In this document: one piece after another, positions 51,591-64,000 of the stretch
How the letters are laid out: the number at the start of each line of letters is the position of its first letter
Numbering within the stretch: the stretch's first letter is position 1
Assembly: GCF_023055435.1 (NCBI RefSeq)
Contig: NW_025964334.1
Span: 32,550,001-32,614,000, forward strand
From: Haliotis rufescens
Taxonomy: Eukaryota
DNA: 64,000 bases
Direction of reading: 5' to 3'
Position numbers and translations under genes: made by a program
The notes under the pieces: generated by a model
Seen by the model: only the letters and a program-made list of their open reading frames with translations
What the model was told of the DNA's origin: nothing
The model's database searches: none

Positions 51591-53749
51591 TGATATGTAA
51601 AATGTATTTATATTATACATGCGTTTTACTTTCTTTTTAACGCCGTGGTATGACAAGAAAAACATTACAAACAAAAAAACATTATTTTCAAAAAATTCAA
51701 AAGTTGCTTTCGGTGTCAGTAAGTACACAGCACTGACCGCCTTGTCATCAATCAGTATCCCCAAGCACCTCGGGAATCCGACTTATAATTTTTCAAAAAT
51801 ACCATGATTATCACAAGACATCCGGGTATTTCAAATAGAAAGTAATGATAGCGCGGTCACTCTGAACATATCACTCACACCTGGGCGAACCCCCCTGGCG
51901 TAAAGCCTACTGATTTTCAACATCTCTGCCCGCAACCCTATAATTCTCGTGAGATCTCGTACGAAAAGGATTGAGTGAGCCGTCATTATTTACTGCAGTG
52001 CGCGTCCCAATGTCTAATATGCAGGATTCGCATTATCCTATCTAATAGAAATATCAAAAGTATTTCAGTACGATATTGTTGGACAATGCCAGAAACACCA
52101 TATCGGATCATCTCAGGTCTTCGAGGACATGTGACAATTATATTTTGGCGAGGGATAGTGTTTAGTGAAACCTTTAAGATTTTTTTTCTTGTGAATGAGC
52201 GGGTGCGTTAAACAGGTTTGTGGAAAGTGAAATATGGTCAAGGTATTTATTTCAGATTATGGTGTTTCAGTCACCCCCGGATTCAGTGGCACCCGTTTTA
52301 TAAGGGGTGATCTAGTGCTATAAATAAAGACCAATGTCGTTTTAAGTAGAAACGTCCACATTTTGCATTGTATCAATGTCCACATATGTGATTGACGAGG
52401 AAATGGGACAACAATGTTTCAGCCAAAATGGATAGTCATTACTTTTTTTATTGAAAAAACATATAATTGCAGAAATATCTTTTTATATTCTAAAGTGTTG
52501 GCAAATGAAAACATACATTGAAAATTGGATAAACGCTACTAGGCTGATAAAAAGTAGCCGAAACACCGCAAACGTAAGATCCAAAACATGACTATGATAC
52601 CCGTTTAAAAAAAATCACCACCGATCAGCCTTTTGTTTGTTGAATTTTTAACCACCATCCACCTGGGTTTATGCTTTTTTTGCGCAGCAGTTTTTGGGTT
52701 GGTTTTTTTTATAAAAAAAACCTTTTTACGACAGTTTGACTAGTTTCTCTTAAAGCATACGATTTAAGCAGATTAATAGCCAAACAACGTTCATCTAGCT
52801 CCCCTGTCTCTAACACCGATTCGTTAATCCCGATACTTGATAACATGGACGATTTCACAATGAAAGAGACCGTCCAAAATGCATTAAATTAATTTCAGCG
52901 ACTGTAAGATACCACGAATATAGTAAACCCTGTTAAGTTTTTTGGTATGGGAAAATAATCGTCAAGATTAACATATATTCAATGTTTCGTTTCGAATGGC
53001 GAATCCATGGTTTCATTTTATTATGCCAGACTTTACAATTTTTTATGTCGTAATTTCACGACAGAGTAACTACTCATCTCCATTGTGTAGTCTTTTCATC
53101 ACGTCGTCATAAATCTCACAGCACGTGACGTAGATAATCCAGTGTAAATACTCGGATTAACGGCAATCAGGCAGCCTCCCACTGATACTGGACCTTTCAT
53201 TGAAACCTAGCAAAATGGCGACAAAAACTATGTAACCTTCTCCTCAATAATCCAACTCCTCCAATTCATGGCGTTAACGTGTAAGCAATAAAGTCGAAGG
53301 CGACGTAACCCGACAACAGCACCAAGGGGAATGTGTCAGTCAATCCAAGGTTATACATCCCTGAAGATCAGTATGAAAGCGTACCTAGCTTTTAACCTGT
53401 TGCTGAATTAGACCTAGGGACAAAAGGGTAGGTCGTAACAAGATGGCCGTTAAATAGAATAAGGCTTTAATGGCGGTGTATATATCCGTTCTCCGCACCT
53501 GCTCGTATAGTTACCGATCGTATGATGTCTACAAGGGTACAATTAACATATATACAGATGTGCGGTTTGTCCTGATTCAGCTGTAATATATTTATCTGAT
53601 GATTTATTGTAAGTGAGGCTGGTTTAACAATGGTTCAATTATAGCGGCTGTAAACCTGAACTAATGCACCTCTTAGACATTTTACACCTCAGGTTTAACC
53701 CATGTGCATGGTATGGTGTTAAGAAGCCAAATATCATAATCCTGGCAAA

Positions 53750-53847
53750 CTGGGATTCGAAAGAGCGACCATTGGATCCTGGCATGCCTAAGGGACGCTC
53801 TGCACATCGTCTTGCGGCGCCACAAACGACTGGACCAACCGTGTCCC
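53750..53847 (-). mobile_element. SINE-D degraded head
   Basis: gggattcgaa...aagggacgctctgcaca...acgactggaccaaccgtgtccc. Confidence 0.65.
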
Positions 53848-54176
53848 ATGGATGTTATATATCAGACTGAAGTTGGAATCAAATTTCATGATAGTCAGCG
53901 CCTAATTTGATTGGATGGAAGATTTTATTCATCAATTTCAAATAATGAATCGTAGCTTTTCTTAGTTCTTAGTTTGGAAACTTAATTTTTACTCATATTA
54001 AATTCGCAGAAAGTATGTGAAAATCAAGTAAAATATGATACCCCCTTTCCACCACATATCTCTGCCCTGTCATTGATTGTCGTTGTCCATGAAGCAGCAT
54101 GTGAATTTTGACCAGATTGTGAGTTTTCAAGGGAATACAATTATGTTTGCGATGCAAAGTTAGCTTCTCTGATACA

Positions 54177-54402
54177 TATGGAAACCTTTTAGGGCAATTT
54201 GTTGATTTTTTTTTTTATAATTTCAAGATAATGATCCTGAAATTTCAAGATACTAAGTTGAAATTTCAAGATGCTGTGTTGAAATTTCAAGATAATAAGT
54301 TGAATTTTTATGATCTTAACTTGAAATTTGAACGTATGTATCAAGAAAGTTCTTAAAATGTAAAAAAGATAGGAAAACAATTGGCCCTAAAAGGCTTCCG
54401 TA
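54177..54402. mobile_element. MITE with 6-bp TSD and internal 21-bp tandem repeats
   Basis: TIRs tatggaaaccttttagggcaatt / aattggccctaaaaggcttccgta. TSD gataca at 54171-54176 and 54403-54408; internal (tgaaatttcaagataataagt) about 5 times. Confidence 0.85.
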
Positions 54403-54444
54403 GATACAGGTGAGGCGTCTGATTTGTTTGTTTATAGTTATATG

Positions 54445-54602
54445 ATACTGCATTGCGTCCAGCTCTGCGGCATTGTATCTCAGTGTGCTAGCGCTATAAA
54501 TCGGTATCAGTCCGGACTAGTACAAGCAGACACACACAATCGTGCATGTACGTCGCTATGTAAGTGCAATCATGGACGCCACCTCACCTCACCTCACCTC
54601 AC
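54445..54602 (+). mobile_element. SINE-C 3' part, followed by (GATAT)n
   Basis: Family match. Confidence 0.85.
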
Positions 54603-54923
54603 CGATATGATATGATATGATATGATATGATATGATGCACGTAATATCGCCTATGATTCCCGTATCAAATAGGTCATCAAAACCATTTCTTTTTTGTTTC
54701 GTTTTTAGCCGCCGAGTGTCTACCTTCTTTTGACCGACAGTTTAGATGGGGACATTGTCTGCGAATTGGAATGAGGTTTATTTCGAAAATAATCTATATA
54801 TCTTTTATTAGGTATTTGTGAGATGTTGGGAATAGGAAATAATCTTACTGGTTAGTGTATATAAACACTGAAATATTCTGTTGGCAGTTAACGAAGGAAA
54901 ATTGACAACATTATAAATGACTG

Positions 54924-55184
54924 GAGTGAGTGAGTTGGGTTTAACGCTGCTTTTAACAGTATTCCAGTTATATCACGGCGTGTCAGCTTAATGTGGGAGG
55001 AAAGCCTGAAGTGATGCCGGTGTCAGACGTTTACAACTTCGGTGAAACCCAGGAACACGGGTATGGTGCTGACAACCCTAGAAACATAATCGGGGCGAAC
55101 CGGGATTCGAACCCGCAATCACAGATTTCAGGCACGCTTCAGGGGCGCACCTCTGCACAGAGAAGCGCGGCACCTTAGACGACT
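54924..55184 (-). mobile_element. SINE family D
   Basis: Family match over about 260 bp. Confidence 0.9.
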
Positions 55185-55944
55185 GATAAAAGAAACTCTA
55201 CCCCCATCGTATATGAAATATACGATGCAGAGAAAACCCGCCTACTGCTCTGTATGTACAACATATTTCACCAGGTCAAAGCCACATCATTTGCTTATAC
55301 AGACACCTTGCCTGTATATACCTATATCTGCAAAGATAAGTTCAATACTGTTTCAAAGGGAGGTAACCGCCGTGTGGATGATCATTTCGTTTCGTCTCAT
55401 CAGTTCTCATGTGAACATAATCCGCAACAGTAATTCAGATAAGATCAGCACACTGATAACGTTTCTATAGAATTGCTGACATATTGCTCCCCCTTATTGA
55501 AGAACAGGTGCAATGCGGGTTCGTCCCCATTGTATATTACCAGTGCGGACCAAGTGGCCTGGCTTTCTCGTATACCTTGGCCGTTTAATCATCTACAATA
55601 TTGAGTATCAATCATTCAAAAAGGACATATGAACGATGGCGTTTTTAATATCGTGGCTTATTTTAGCTTCAGTACCACTAAGTCTCCGGTTTGTACACAA
55701 TGTTTCCTTTTATCCTTTGAGGTCAAGCGAACTTAGATCAAATGATAAGATCCGATTTTATGAAACAAATATCCATGCTCAGTTGGTTGTATTGACGAAC
55801 ATGTTTTCACTGGAATGATTACTTTGTAGAATTTTTGTTGCTCACTGTGAGTGACAAAATAGTACTATGTATTTATTCGCGTGTCAAATTGTCTTTGATG
55901 ACTGTGTTTGACACACATTGTTGATATAAATGGTTGATCTATCG

Positions 55945-56373
55945 AGTGAGTATGGTTTTAGGCCGCTTTTAGCAACATTCCAGCAATATCACGGCGGGGA
56001 CACCAGAAATAGGCTTCACATATTGTACCCATGTCGGGTTGGTTGGTTTGTTGTTTAACGCCGCTCTCAGCAATATTCCAGCCATATGACGGCGGTCTGT
56101 AAATAATAGAGTCTGGACCAGACGATCCAGTGATTGATATAATGAGCATCGATCCACGCAATTGGGATCGATGACATGCATCAATCAAGTCAGCGAGCCA
56201 GACCACCCGATCCCGTTAGTCGCCTCTTACGACACGCATAGTCGCCTTTTACGGCAAGCATGGTTTGCTGAAGACCTAGTCTACCCCGGATCTTCACGGG
56301 TCCCCTGAAGGGAATCGAACCTGGGCCTTCGCTTCACGAGCTGATGCTTTAACCACAAGGCTACCCAACCGCC
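55945..56373 (-). mobile_element. SINE-A interrupted by a full-length SINE-B (56039-56302)
   Basis: The A sequence stops at cccatgtcggg and resumes at gggaatcgaacc after the B copy. Confidence 0.93.
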
Positions 56374-58120
56374 CAGATCTATGTCTAGCGTCTCCATGCT
56401 ATGACCCTCCAGTCAGTGGAGCAATCCATGTCTAAAGAGCATGCTCCTTCCCTGTGCTGGGCTGGTGTTTATAAGTTGTTGTTTCTGTCTTAAATTGTAT
56501 ACAGCCAAACTGTGTTATTCCGGACACAGCCGTCCAGGGCTTGGAAATTTGCCCTAAGGTTTTTATCAAGAAACTGTATCTGTTTGTTTGGTGTATCCTA
56601 TGGGGGATACACGTACAGCTGCTTCAAGACTCACTCACTCACTCACTCACTCGAACCACCGACCTTCCGCTCTCCCGACAGTGGCTCCATCCACTCTTAT
56701 TCAAGGGGACCCAAAGGCGCAAACCTAAGAGATCCCACTATTGTCCAGTTCGCTCTCTATGTTGAAACATAGTAATTGCATATTGATTGATTATTTTATT
56801 GGTACATGCAACGAAGTACATTCGAAGTCATTAATAAACCGACTGGTCACTCAGGTAAATCAGAATTATATTGACTTATGAGCGGGTACAGACAATCGTA
56901 TGTACAGACATGCATATGCAGTAATACACAGACATATGCATACATGAGTGCACACCACACATACATTCATAATCACTCACTCACTCACTCGAATTGTTTG
57001 ATAGGCATCACCCACTCACCTAGTGTTGCAGAGCTGGTTTTACCTGGTGGCAGAGATGCCAACTCCCTATTTACGAACTTACATAATTAACCCCCTTACC
57101 CCGCTCATTTAAAAAGCTTATGCACTGAGCAGTAGCGTGTGTTGCACAACCCCACTGTGTCGATTGCATCAGTTAACACAACTCTGTCCGACCTTGAAAC
57201 AAGGTGGCATTGTTTCCTGAGTGCCATTGTTGTACCACGGTAACAATCATTGTCATTTGAGTGAAAACCTGTTACACGTCAACATGTTTTAAAAGTAGGA
57301 TTAAGCTTAAATTAACACCTTGTTGAAATCTTCAAAGAACCCCCGACCACTTCACTGTTAAAGCATAAGTATTTCACACGTCTGCCTCAGGTGCCCTACC
57401 TCGAGATAACTATACGCTACACCCAAAGGAGACGTACCTTGCTTAGAATAGCTTACAATGGAGGCTAAAAGCAACTTGCCCTTTCATCAGGTTGTTTTGT
57501 GGCCTCTTGGCACCCAAATTCCAATCCCATGGGAGTTTTGTAGATGTAAATGTTTGATTAGCGGCCAATAAAAGATCAATTTTATTGACATAATGCAGTT
57601 GGGAGGCACAATGGCGGCGAAGCTGAAAACAGCATGGCGGGGCGGTAAATGAGTTTGACTGGTTCTCGCACTTTGTTCCGCTCAGGTGAGGCATGGTGGT
57701 CGGTACGGCGCCCTCTATAGGAAATCAACTGTTTTGTTGGGGGTGAAAGACGATAACGTGACCAGCACTTAACTCGCATTGATACAGATTCTTCACATCC
57801 CTGACTCTTGAAATTATTTTCGTTTCAAATCAATGCCAGATTTCTTACGATTTCTTCACAAATCAGTGTCACAGCGCTCCACGGTATAGCAACGCGTAGG
57901 TAAAAAGAGCACTGATTGAATCTATAAGATTAGGGGGAACAGGTTTAGTATTTCTCGCGTTGTCAGCCACAGCGGGGATTTTTTTTCTTATTTCCAGCTT
58001 GTAAACCCAAGTAACCGTAGCTTTTGCACGAGCAGGCGTAATTGGAATAAACTGTTAGCGACATGGACTCATGTTATAACACAATTTGTACACTGATCGT
58101 TGACAAAATCATTGACAAAG

Positions 58121-58473
58121 GTGAGCTGAAATGGGGTTTAACGCCGCGTCCAAGATTATTGCACTTACATAGCGACGTGTGTGTGTGTGTTGGGGGGGGG
58201 GGGGGGGGGGGGGGGGAGGGAGGGGTAGCTGCTTGTACTAGTTCGGACTGATGCCGATTTATAGTGCTAGCACAGTGAGATACCATGCCGCAGTTTAACA
58301 TGGATACCACAGTCAGAGACAGTATACTGACTCCGAGCCGACCAGAACTTGTTTTAGCCCATTAATTCCGAGCGACAGACAGGGTAACAACAAGTACCTT
58401 GTTTTAACAAATTTTGGTATGACGCGGCCGAGGATCGAACCCCGAACTTTACCACTTGGCCACGGAGGCGGTC
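58121..58473 (-). mobile_element. SINE family C
   Basis: Reverse complement of the 35565 copy, with a poly-G run in the internal microsatellite. Confidence 0.92.
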
Positions 58474-58700
58474 CATTGTCCAATAGCACTTCGGACAGCA
58501 CTGACAGGAATCCATATTGAAACAAGTTTCGTGCACGTGACTATAACATGTCACACCACAACATGGCGGCAGTCGCGAAACTAATATAACCGCTCAAGTT
58601 ATTTCCGTGTTTTTTAGTCAAATCAAAGTGTACGTCTTATTTCCATGAAACATATAATAACCTGTCTTCAAAATGGCCGCCATGTTTTACGAACGAAAAC

Positions 58701-58862
58701 CGCTTTTAACGGTATTCCAGTTATATCGCGGCGTGTCAGCTTAATGTGGGAGGAAAGCCCGAAGTGATGCAGGTCTCAGACGTTTACCACTTCGGTAAAA
58801 CCCACGAGCACGGGTATGGTGCTGACAAACCTAGAAACATAATCGGGGCGAACCGGGATTCG
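58701..58862 (-). mobile_element. SINE-D 3' part
   Basis: Near-identical to the body of the 54924 copy; truncated at the B box. Confidence 0.9.
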
Positions 58863-59180
58863 TTGAGTAGTTAAGAAAACGTAAAAAGAAACCATTGCTT
58901 TGCACCAATTTTAAGTTCTAGGTACTTTTTGTGTCATGCTTTGTAGTTAAGTATGCACACCATCAAGGTCCTGCTATCTGATTGTTTCCCAGGTCTAAAT
59001 AGGCCACATTGCAGTAAACTATCTACCTTGTCAAGCGAGTGGCGTTCTGTCTGCAAGACGTCGCAATAGATCGTGTTGTTACGGACCTATCAGTTGAAGG
59101 GTACCTGGTAGGAAATGCAGAAATCCAGCCCAAATTACAGAGACACCATGCTTCACACAGGTCAGTTATTATAAAGTTTA

Positions 59181-59330
59181 GAGTGAGTGAGTTTGGTTTT
59201 ACGCCGCTTTTAGCAATATACCAGCAATATCACGGCGGGGGACACCAGAATTGTACTCATGTCGGGAATCGAACCATGGTCTTCAGCGTGACGAGCGAAC
59301 GCTCTAACCACTAGGCTACCCGACCGCCCC
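59181..59330 (-). mobile_element. SINE family A (small internal deletion)
   Basis: Family match; degenerate TSD tataaagtttaga / tatcaaatttaga. Confidence 0.92.
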
Positions 59331-60753
59331 TATCAAATTTAGACCTCGACTGAAAAGATGCTTTATATCGTGGAACTCCTGGCTATAAATGAAACCAACA
59401 GAAAAGGGTTGTTCTATGGTGATGTATTTTATACGGGTATCATAGTTGTGTTTGGGACATCACTTGGCAGTGTTTCGGCGACTGTTTTCAGCCTAGTAAC
59501 GTGTGATAACGTTTGCAATTTTGTTGTCAAATTCAATTTCCAAGTGTATGCTTTCCTTTGCTCGGTAGTGTATTACTTGAGTAAGCACGACCCACTCTCT
59601 TACCCATTGCCTAACACGTGGGTTGTAATCTATTCATAATGCAGTTTTTACAGCGATTATTATCATATTTCATTGAATTGCGTTTGTCGTACCTAACATA
59701 TTATTTCCTTAGATAAAAAAATTACATAACACCAACCGAATCGACTCAACAGAAATGTAAACTCACGCAATTGTTTGCTTACGTTTCCTCAACTTCATAT
59801 GTAAATATTACAACAGGATACTGTTCCAATATACCTAGCTACAAGACATCTAAACATAGGTCTTTCGACAACAATATCACCGTTTGTCAACATTGACGCA
59901 ACCATCGAATCTACGTTGTTGCGTGGCAACAGGTAACGTCATATTACGCCACCTGGCTGTCACTATAGACAAAGAACGGTAACCCTGTGAAACAGTTAAT
60001 GGCAGACCGCGGGTACTTGGGTGTTAATTTCAATCTGCGATAGATGTCAAAGCCCCTGAAGCAGGTGTGAAGTGTCCGTCTACGATAAACTGGGGTTGTT
60101 ACTCAACAGAGTGTGCGTCTTATTTACCTTCCCAGTCGGTTTTGTTGGCTGAGCTTGGCATACATCGAGTACCCATGCGTTAATCAGCTGATTGGTGTTT
60201 CCGGGAGATGTGCTGCCATACAGCGTTAGGTTGACAGGTAGATTGTGGTGTGGATTAAATGCAATCAACAGGTATGTATCTCAGGTACACAACACGAAAT
60301 GTACAATGTTATTCTTAGTTTGAAAACTGGTCTCTCCCAACACCTACGGACCTTTGAAAACTAAAACCCCCACTTTCCACCCCCTCCAGCTCTGTACCTT
60401 TATACCTGTTGAACAGACATCTTGTTTATCCGGACGAACAAACTTTGGGTTTCCTACATTATGGAGACCACGGAAGCCGAGGTGTTACGGATTAGCGATG
60501 TCCGGTTAAACAGGGATTTTGCGATGAATGTATATTGTTGCAATTGAAACCAAATAAGTTTTATAACACATCAACTCTAAAATCTGAAATTATTGAAGGT
60601 AGCGGATGGCCTAATTTAGGAGGGGGGGGGGGGGGGAGACCGATCGGTTTTAGCAGGATCGTCCGTATACAAAGCTATACTTTTCTGTGAGACATTTTAC
60701 ATCTTAGATGATCACATTGAAAGTAAGTGAGTGAGTAAGTTGGATTTAACGTC

Positions 60754-60826
60754 GCTTTGACGAGTGTTTGGTAAAACGGCTTTGACGTATGTTTGGTCAA
60801 ACGGCTTTGACGAGTGTTTTGTAAAG
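60754..60826. repeat. 25-bp tandem repeat x3 attached to a SINE tail fragment
   Basis: gctttgacgagtgtttggtaaaacg repeated three times. Confidence 0.85.
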
Positions 60827-61397
60827 CCAACAACGACCATGGGTCTATTTACAAACCAAGGGTCATAATCAGTAATGGGATGTGAAGCCACGACAATTGG
60901 ATCCTGACACGACTAAGGGACACAACTCTGCGGTGACATACCTCAGAGCCACCCATTTTCCCCTGACATTGAAAGGCCAGACGAGTGATACAAGTGTTTA
61001 TCAACCAGGCGTGGCACATGGCCCAGTCCCCTATATACTTATACCCTTAAATACTTATACCCTATATACCCCGACCACAGTGGATGTAAGCTTAGAGGAT
61101 AATGCTTATTCAGCTCACGCTGTTTGCTTAGCTGAAAAAAGTGTTGGGTAACGTCGTTTTCATTGAACAACTCGAGACGGTTGCAGTGTGTGTAACTCTT
61201 GAAGCAGACATCCAATGTGGGAAATACATCGACTAATTATAGTTCCAAGTCTGTCTAGAATGAGATTCTCTCCGGTCCGAACAACCCACCGAGATAGCTG
61301 CAATCCCAGTGGTGTGTTCCGACTGACGGAACAGGTTGTCTAAAAATCAATGTGTACTCAATGGTATGAGCTGCTTTAGTGTCTACAGACAGTCCTC

Positions 61398-61595
61398 TTT
61401 TTTGTTTAACGCCACACTCAGGAATATTCCTGCTATATGACGGCTGTCTGTAAATTATTGAGTCTGGACCAGACAATCTTGTGACGAACGATGCATCAAA
61501 CAAATCAACGAGTCTGAATCCCCGATCCCGTTAGTCGCCTGTTACGACAAGCATGGGTTGCTAAAGATCGATTCTAACCCGCAGTCTTCACGGGG
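61398..61595 (-). mobile_element. SINE family B, single-hairpin subfamily, diverged
   Basis: Family match. Confidence 0.85.
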
Positions 61596-61716
61596 CACAG
61601 GCTGTCTAGCATTAATATCAGCGCAGTACATTTCTTTTGACATCGTTGAAATACCACTATTGTACAGTATAATACTTCATTCCAAGCAAACTATGCTGGT
61701 AGGACACGACTTACTG

Positions 61717-61979
61717 TTGTTGGTTTGTTGTTTAACGCCGCACTCAACAATATTCCAGCTATATGACGGCGGTCTGTAAATATTTGAGTCTGGACCAGAC
61801 GATCCAGTGATTGATATCATGAGCATCGATCCACCCTATTTGGATTGATGACATGCTTCAACCAAGTCAGCGAGCCTGACCACCCGATCCCGTTAGTCGC
61901 CTTTTACGACAAGCATTGTCGCCTTTTACGGTAAGCATGGGTTGCTGAAGGCCTAGTCTACCCTGGATTTTCACGGGTC
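61717..61979 (-). mobile_element. SINE family B, full length, inserted in an older plus-strand B copy
   Basis: TSD acttactg at 61709-61716 and 61980-61987. Confidence 0.93.
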
Positions 61980-62097
61980 ACTTACTGGACGGGGTGGTCA
62001 GGCCACGTGACTTGGTTCATCATCGTACCCCAACGGCTCATAATATTAATCACTGGATTGTGTGGTCTACTTTCGATTATTCTGTACATACCGCCGT

Positions 62098-62282
62098 ACA
62101 TTGGATTTGACCAATAAATTGCAAACGTTATCAAAACGCTCCAAGACTGAACAGTCGCCGAAACACTGCAAACTAAGGTCCAAAACAAAAATATACCCTA
62201 TCAAATACACCATTATCGAAAAACCATTTCTTCTTTGTTTCATTGTTAGCCACAATCAAACATGGGTGTATATTCTCTTTTA
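62098..62282 (-). mobile_element. MITE family E inserted in the old plus-strand SINE-B (about 61690-62335)
   Basis: The B sequence stops at accgccgta and resumes at ggtatattgccgagtgcgacattaaacaacaaac. Confidence 0.8.
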
Positions 62283-64000
62283 GCACTTGTGTAGGTATAT
62301 TGCCGAGTGCGACATTAAACAACAAACAAATAAACACTGCGGGGATTCCGTAGCAGACAAGTTCCCCTCATTCGTCACCACTAGCCCCTTTCCGTAACCT
62401 GCAAGAAGAGGCTGTTCGGCTTGTCCAGGAATAACACGAGTTGGTTACGAATGTAGATCCCCTGTACCCAATGCTGGTCGTAATAGCCGATGAAACTGAA
62501 ACTGAGAATCGGGTGATTATAATTACGTGTGATTGTTCGTGCTATTGACCACCGGTTCGCCTGGTCCACATTCAATTATTTTCAAGCTTGATACTATTAC
62601 GGACGTTGGAGTAAAACGGCATGTTCTTACTCCCTCTTCTTAAATGTCAGTGCGTGGACGTTTTCACCACGGCCTTGGGCCTACGATAAAGTTGAAGTTG
62701 TTTGATGTGAGAGTAGTGGTTGGTCATAATCTAGATTAATCGAAAACACCAAACAACTTGCGGAGGGATTTTAGAGATCAGAAATGCTTATTCTTTTATA
62801 TTTGTTGATGATAAACTTCACTTTAAGAAACACCAATTACATGCATCGTTACAGCTCTTCAAATTGATTCAATCGCACATATCTCAAAGGGTTTTTAAAA
62901 ATCTTGTTTACCTCTTCCAACAAATAAACCCTGGTAGCTGTTATTGCATGTCTCAACTTGTCCCGATCATGTTGCGACAAGAAGACATTCTCACAAAAAC
63001 ACCTCGTCATAAAAGATAACTTTATCTGCGGGAGGTGTACGTTACAAAAGCCCACAAGCAGGTCGCTATCACGCGCACAAAGCGCGTATTGATACAAAAG
63101 TGAAAGTCATGTGACCTAGCCGAGGCGTTATGAGAAGTTGCACCATGGCTAAATATAGATCCCAGGCTTAGCTACCCGAAGTATCCCGGTTGGGTGCTAT
63201 GGCTCGACGTGATTGGTCCTAGTAAGGGTGGGGATGTTCAGCAAACATTGTGGTCTTAACATTTGAGCTGGGAAACTTTTCTCAAGTCCTGATGTGGGGC
63301 TATTAATACTTCATATATCGCCCACATACATGCGCACTCATGGTCACTGAAATCTGTGCAAACAACTTGAAAAGACAAATAAGGACATGATGCAATGTTA
63401 TTGCGTAACGTTTTGTGGGCGTTTTGAATAAATCATTACTTTTTTTTAAATTGCATAATCAGTTCTCCCGTTTGGATACTTGTAATGTGAGTTCAAATTT
63501 GTATAGATTAAATCGTTTTCATTTTGAAAGCATATTTTTGAAAGATTATCAAAGTAAATAATTTCATATAAAGACGTTATGTGATATAAAATGTTTGGTG
63601 ATATTTTACATACGATCAATACAAATGTGCCTCCTTGTCACTTGTTTACAGGATGACACATTTCAATCCAGCGTATCAAGCTTACAATTGCTACAAATGT
63701 ATGTCTTTAAATGTGCATGATCGCACGCGGATCAATAAGCAGATTGCGGGTGTGCGCACCCCACATTGAAGCATTCTTTATACATTCAGACATTTTTTTA
63801 AATGATTGGGTACACTTAACGTATAACGACTCATTTGGTAATATATTTTCAGAATATTGCATTACTGGACATGAATTCGCCAAATCACAAAACGCAAACC
63901 CCTTTTCACAAAAGTTATATCCGCACTTGATTATTCAGTCGCCATGTTATGCTTGTAGTCATTACCGCCCCTGTTTCCCGTGTGTTTTAAAAGTATGTAC

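Overview
Animal (not prokaryotic) genomic DNA, about 64 kb and AT-rich, with two assembly gaps (5340-5476, 13666-13937). The repeat families look molluscan; I recall the same SINE sequences from abalone (Haliotis), which is unverified. I find no convincing intact host protein-coding gene, rRNA, functional tRNA or CRISPR array. Most listed ORFs are chance frames or repeat artefacts. The window is a patchwork of: four SINE families (A, tRNA-Asp-like head; B, non-tRNA structured head; C, V-SINE-like; D, tRNA-Leu-like head with a long insert), many with clear target-site duplications (TSDs); one full-length but dead Tc1 (DD34E) transposon; several MITE families; 3' stubs of a non-LTR retrotransposon; and four minisatellites (59, 37, 22 and 18 bp units). 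Between these lie TE-free, CpG-retaining stretches dense in transcription-factor motifs (CTCF, DR1, NRF1/CRE/ETS, TCTCGCGAGA), consistent with a gene desert or giant intron acting as a regulatory landscape. The best novelty candidate is the SINE-B 5' head. It has no Pol III boxes, starts at the same nucleotide in the full-length copies, and can fold into a pseudoknot plus hairpin, making it a candidate self-processing RNA or unusual promoter module. Coordinates were read by eye, and ends of degraded copies are approximate.
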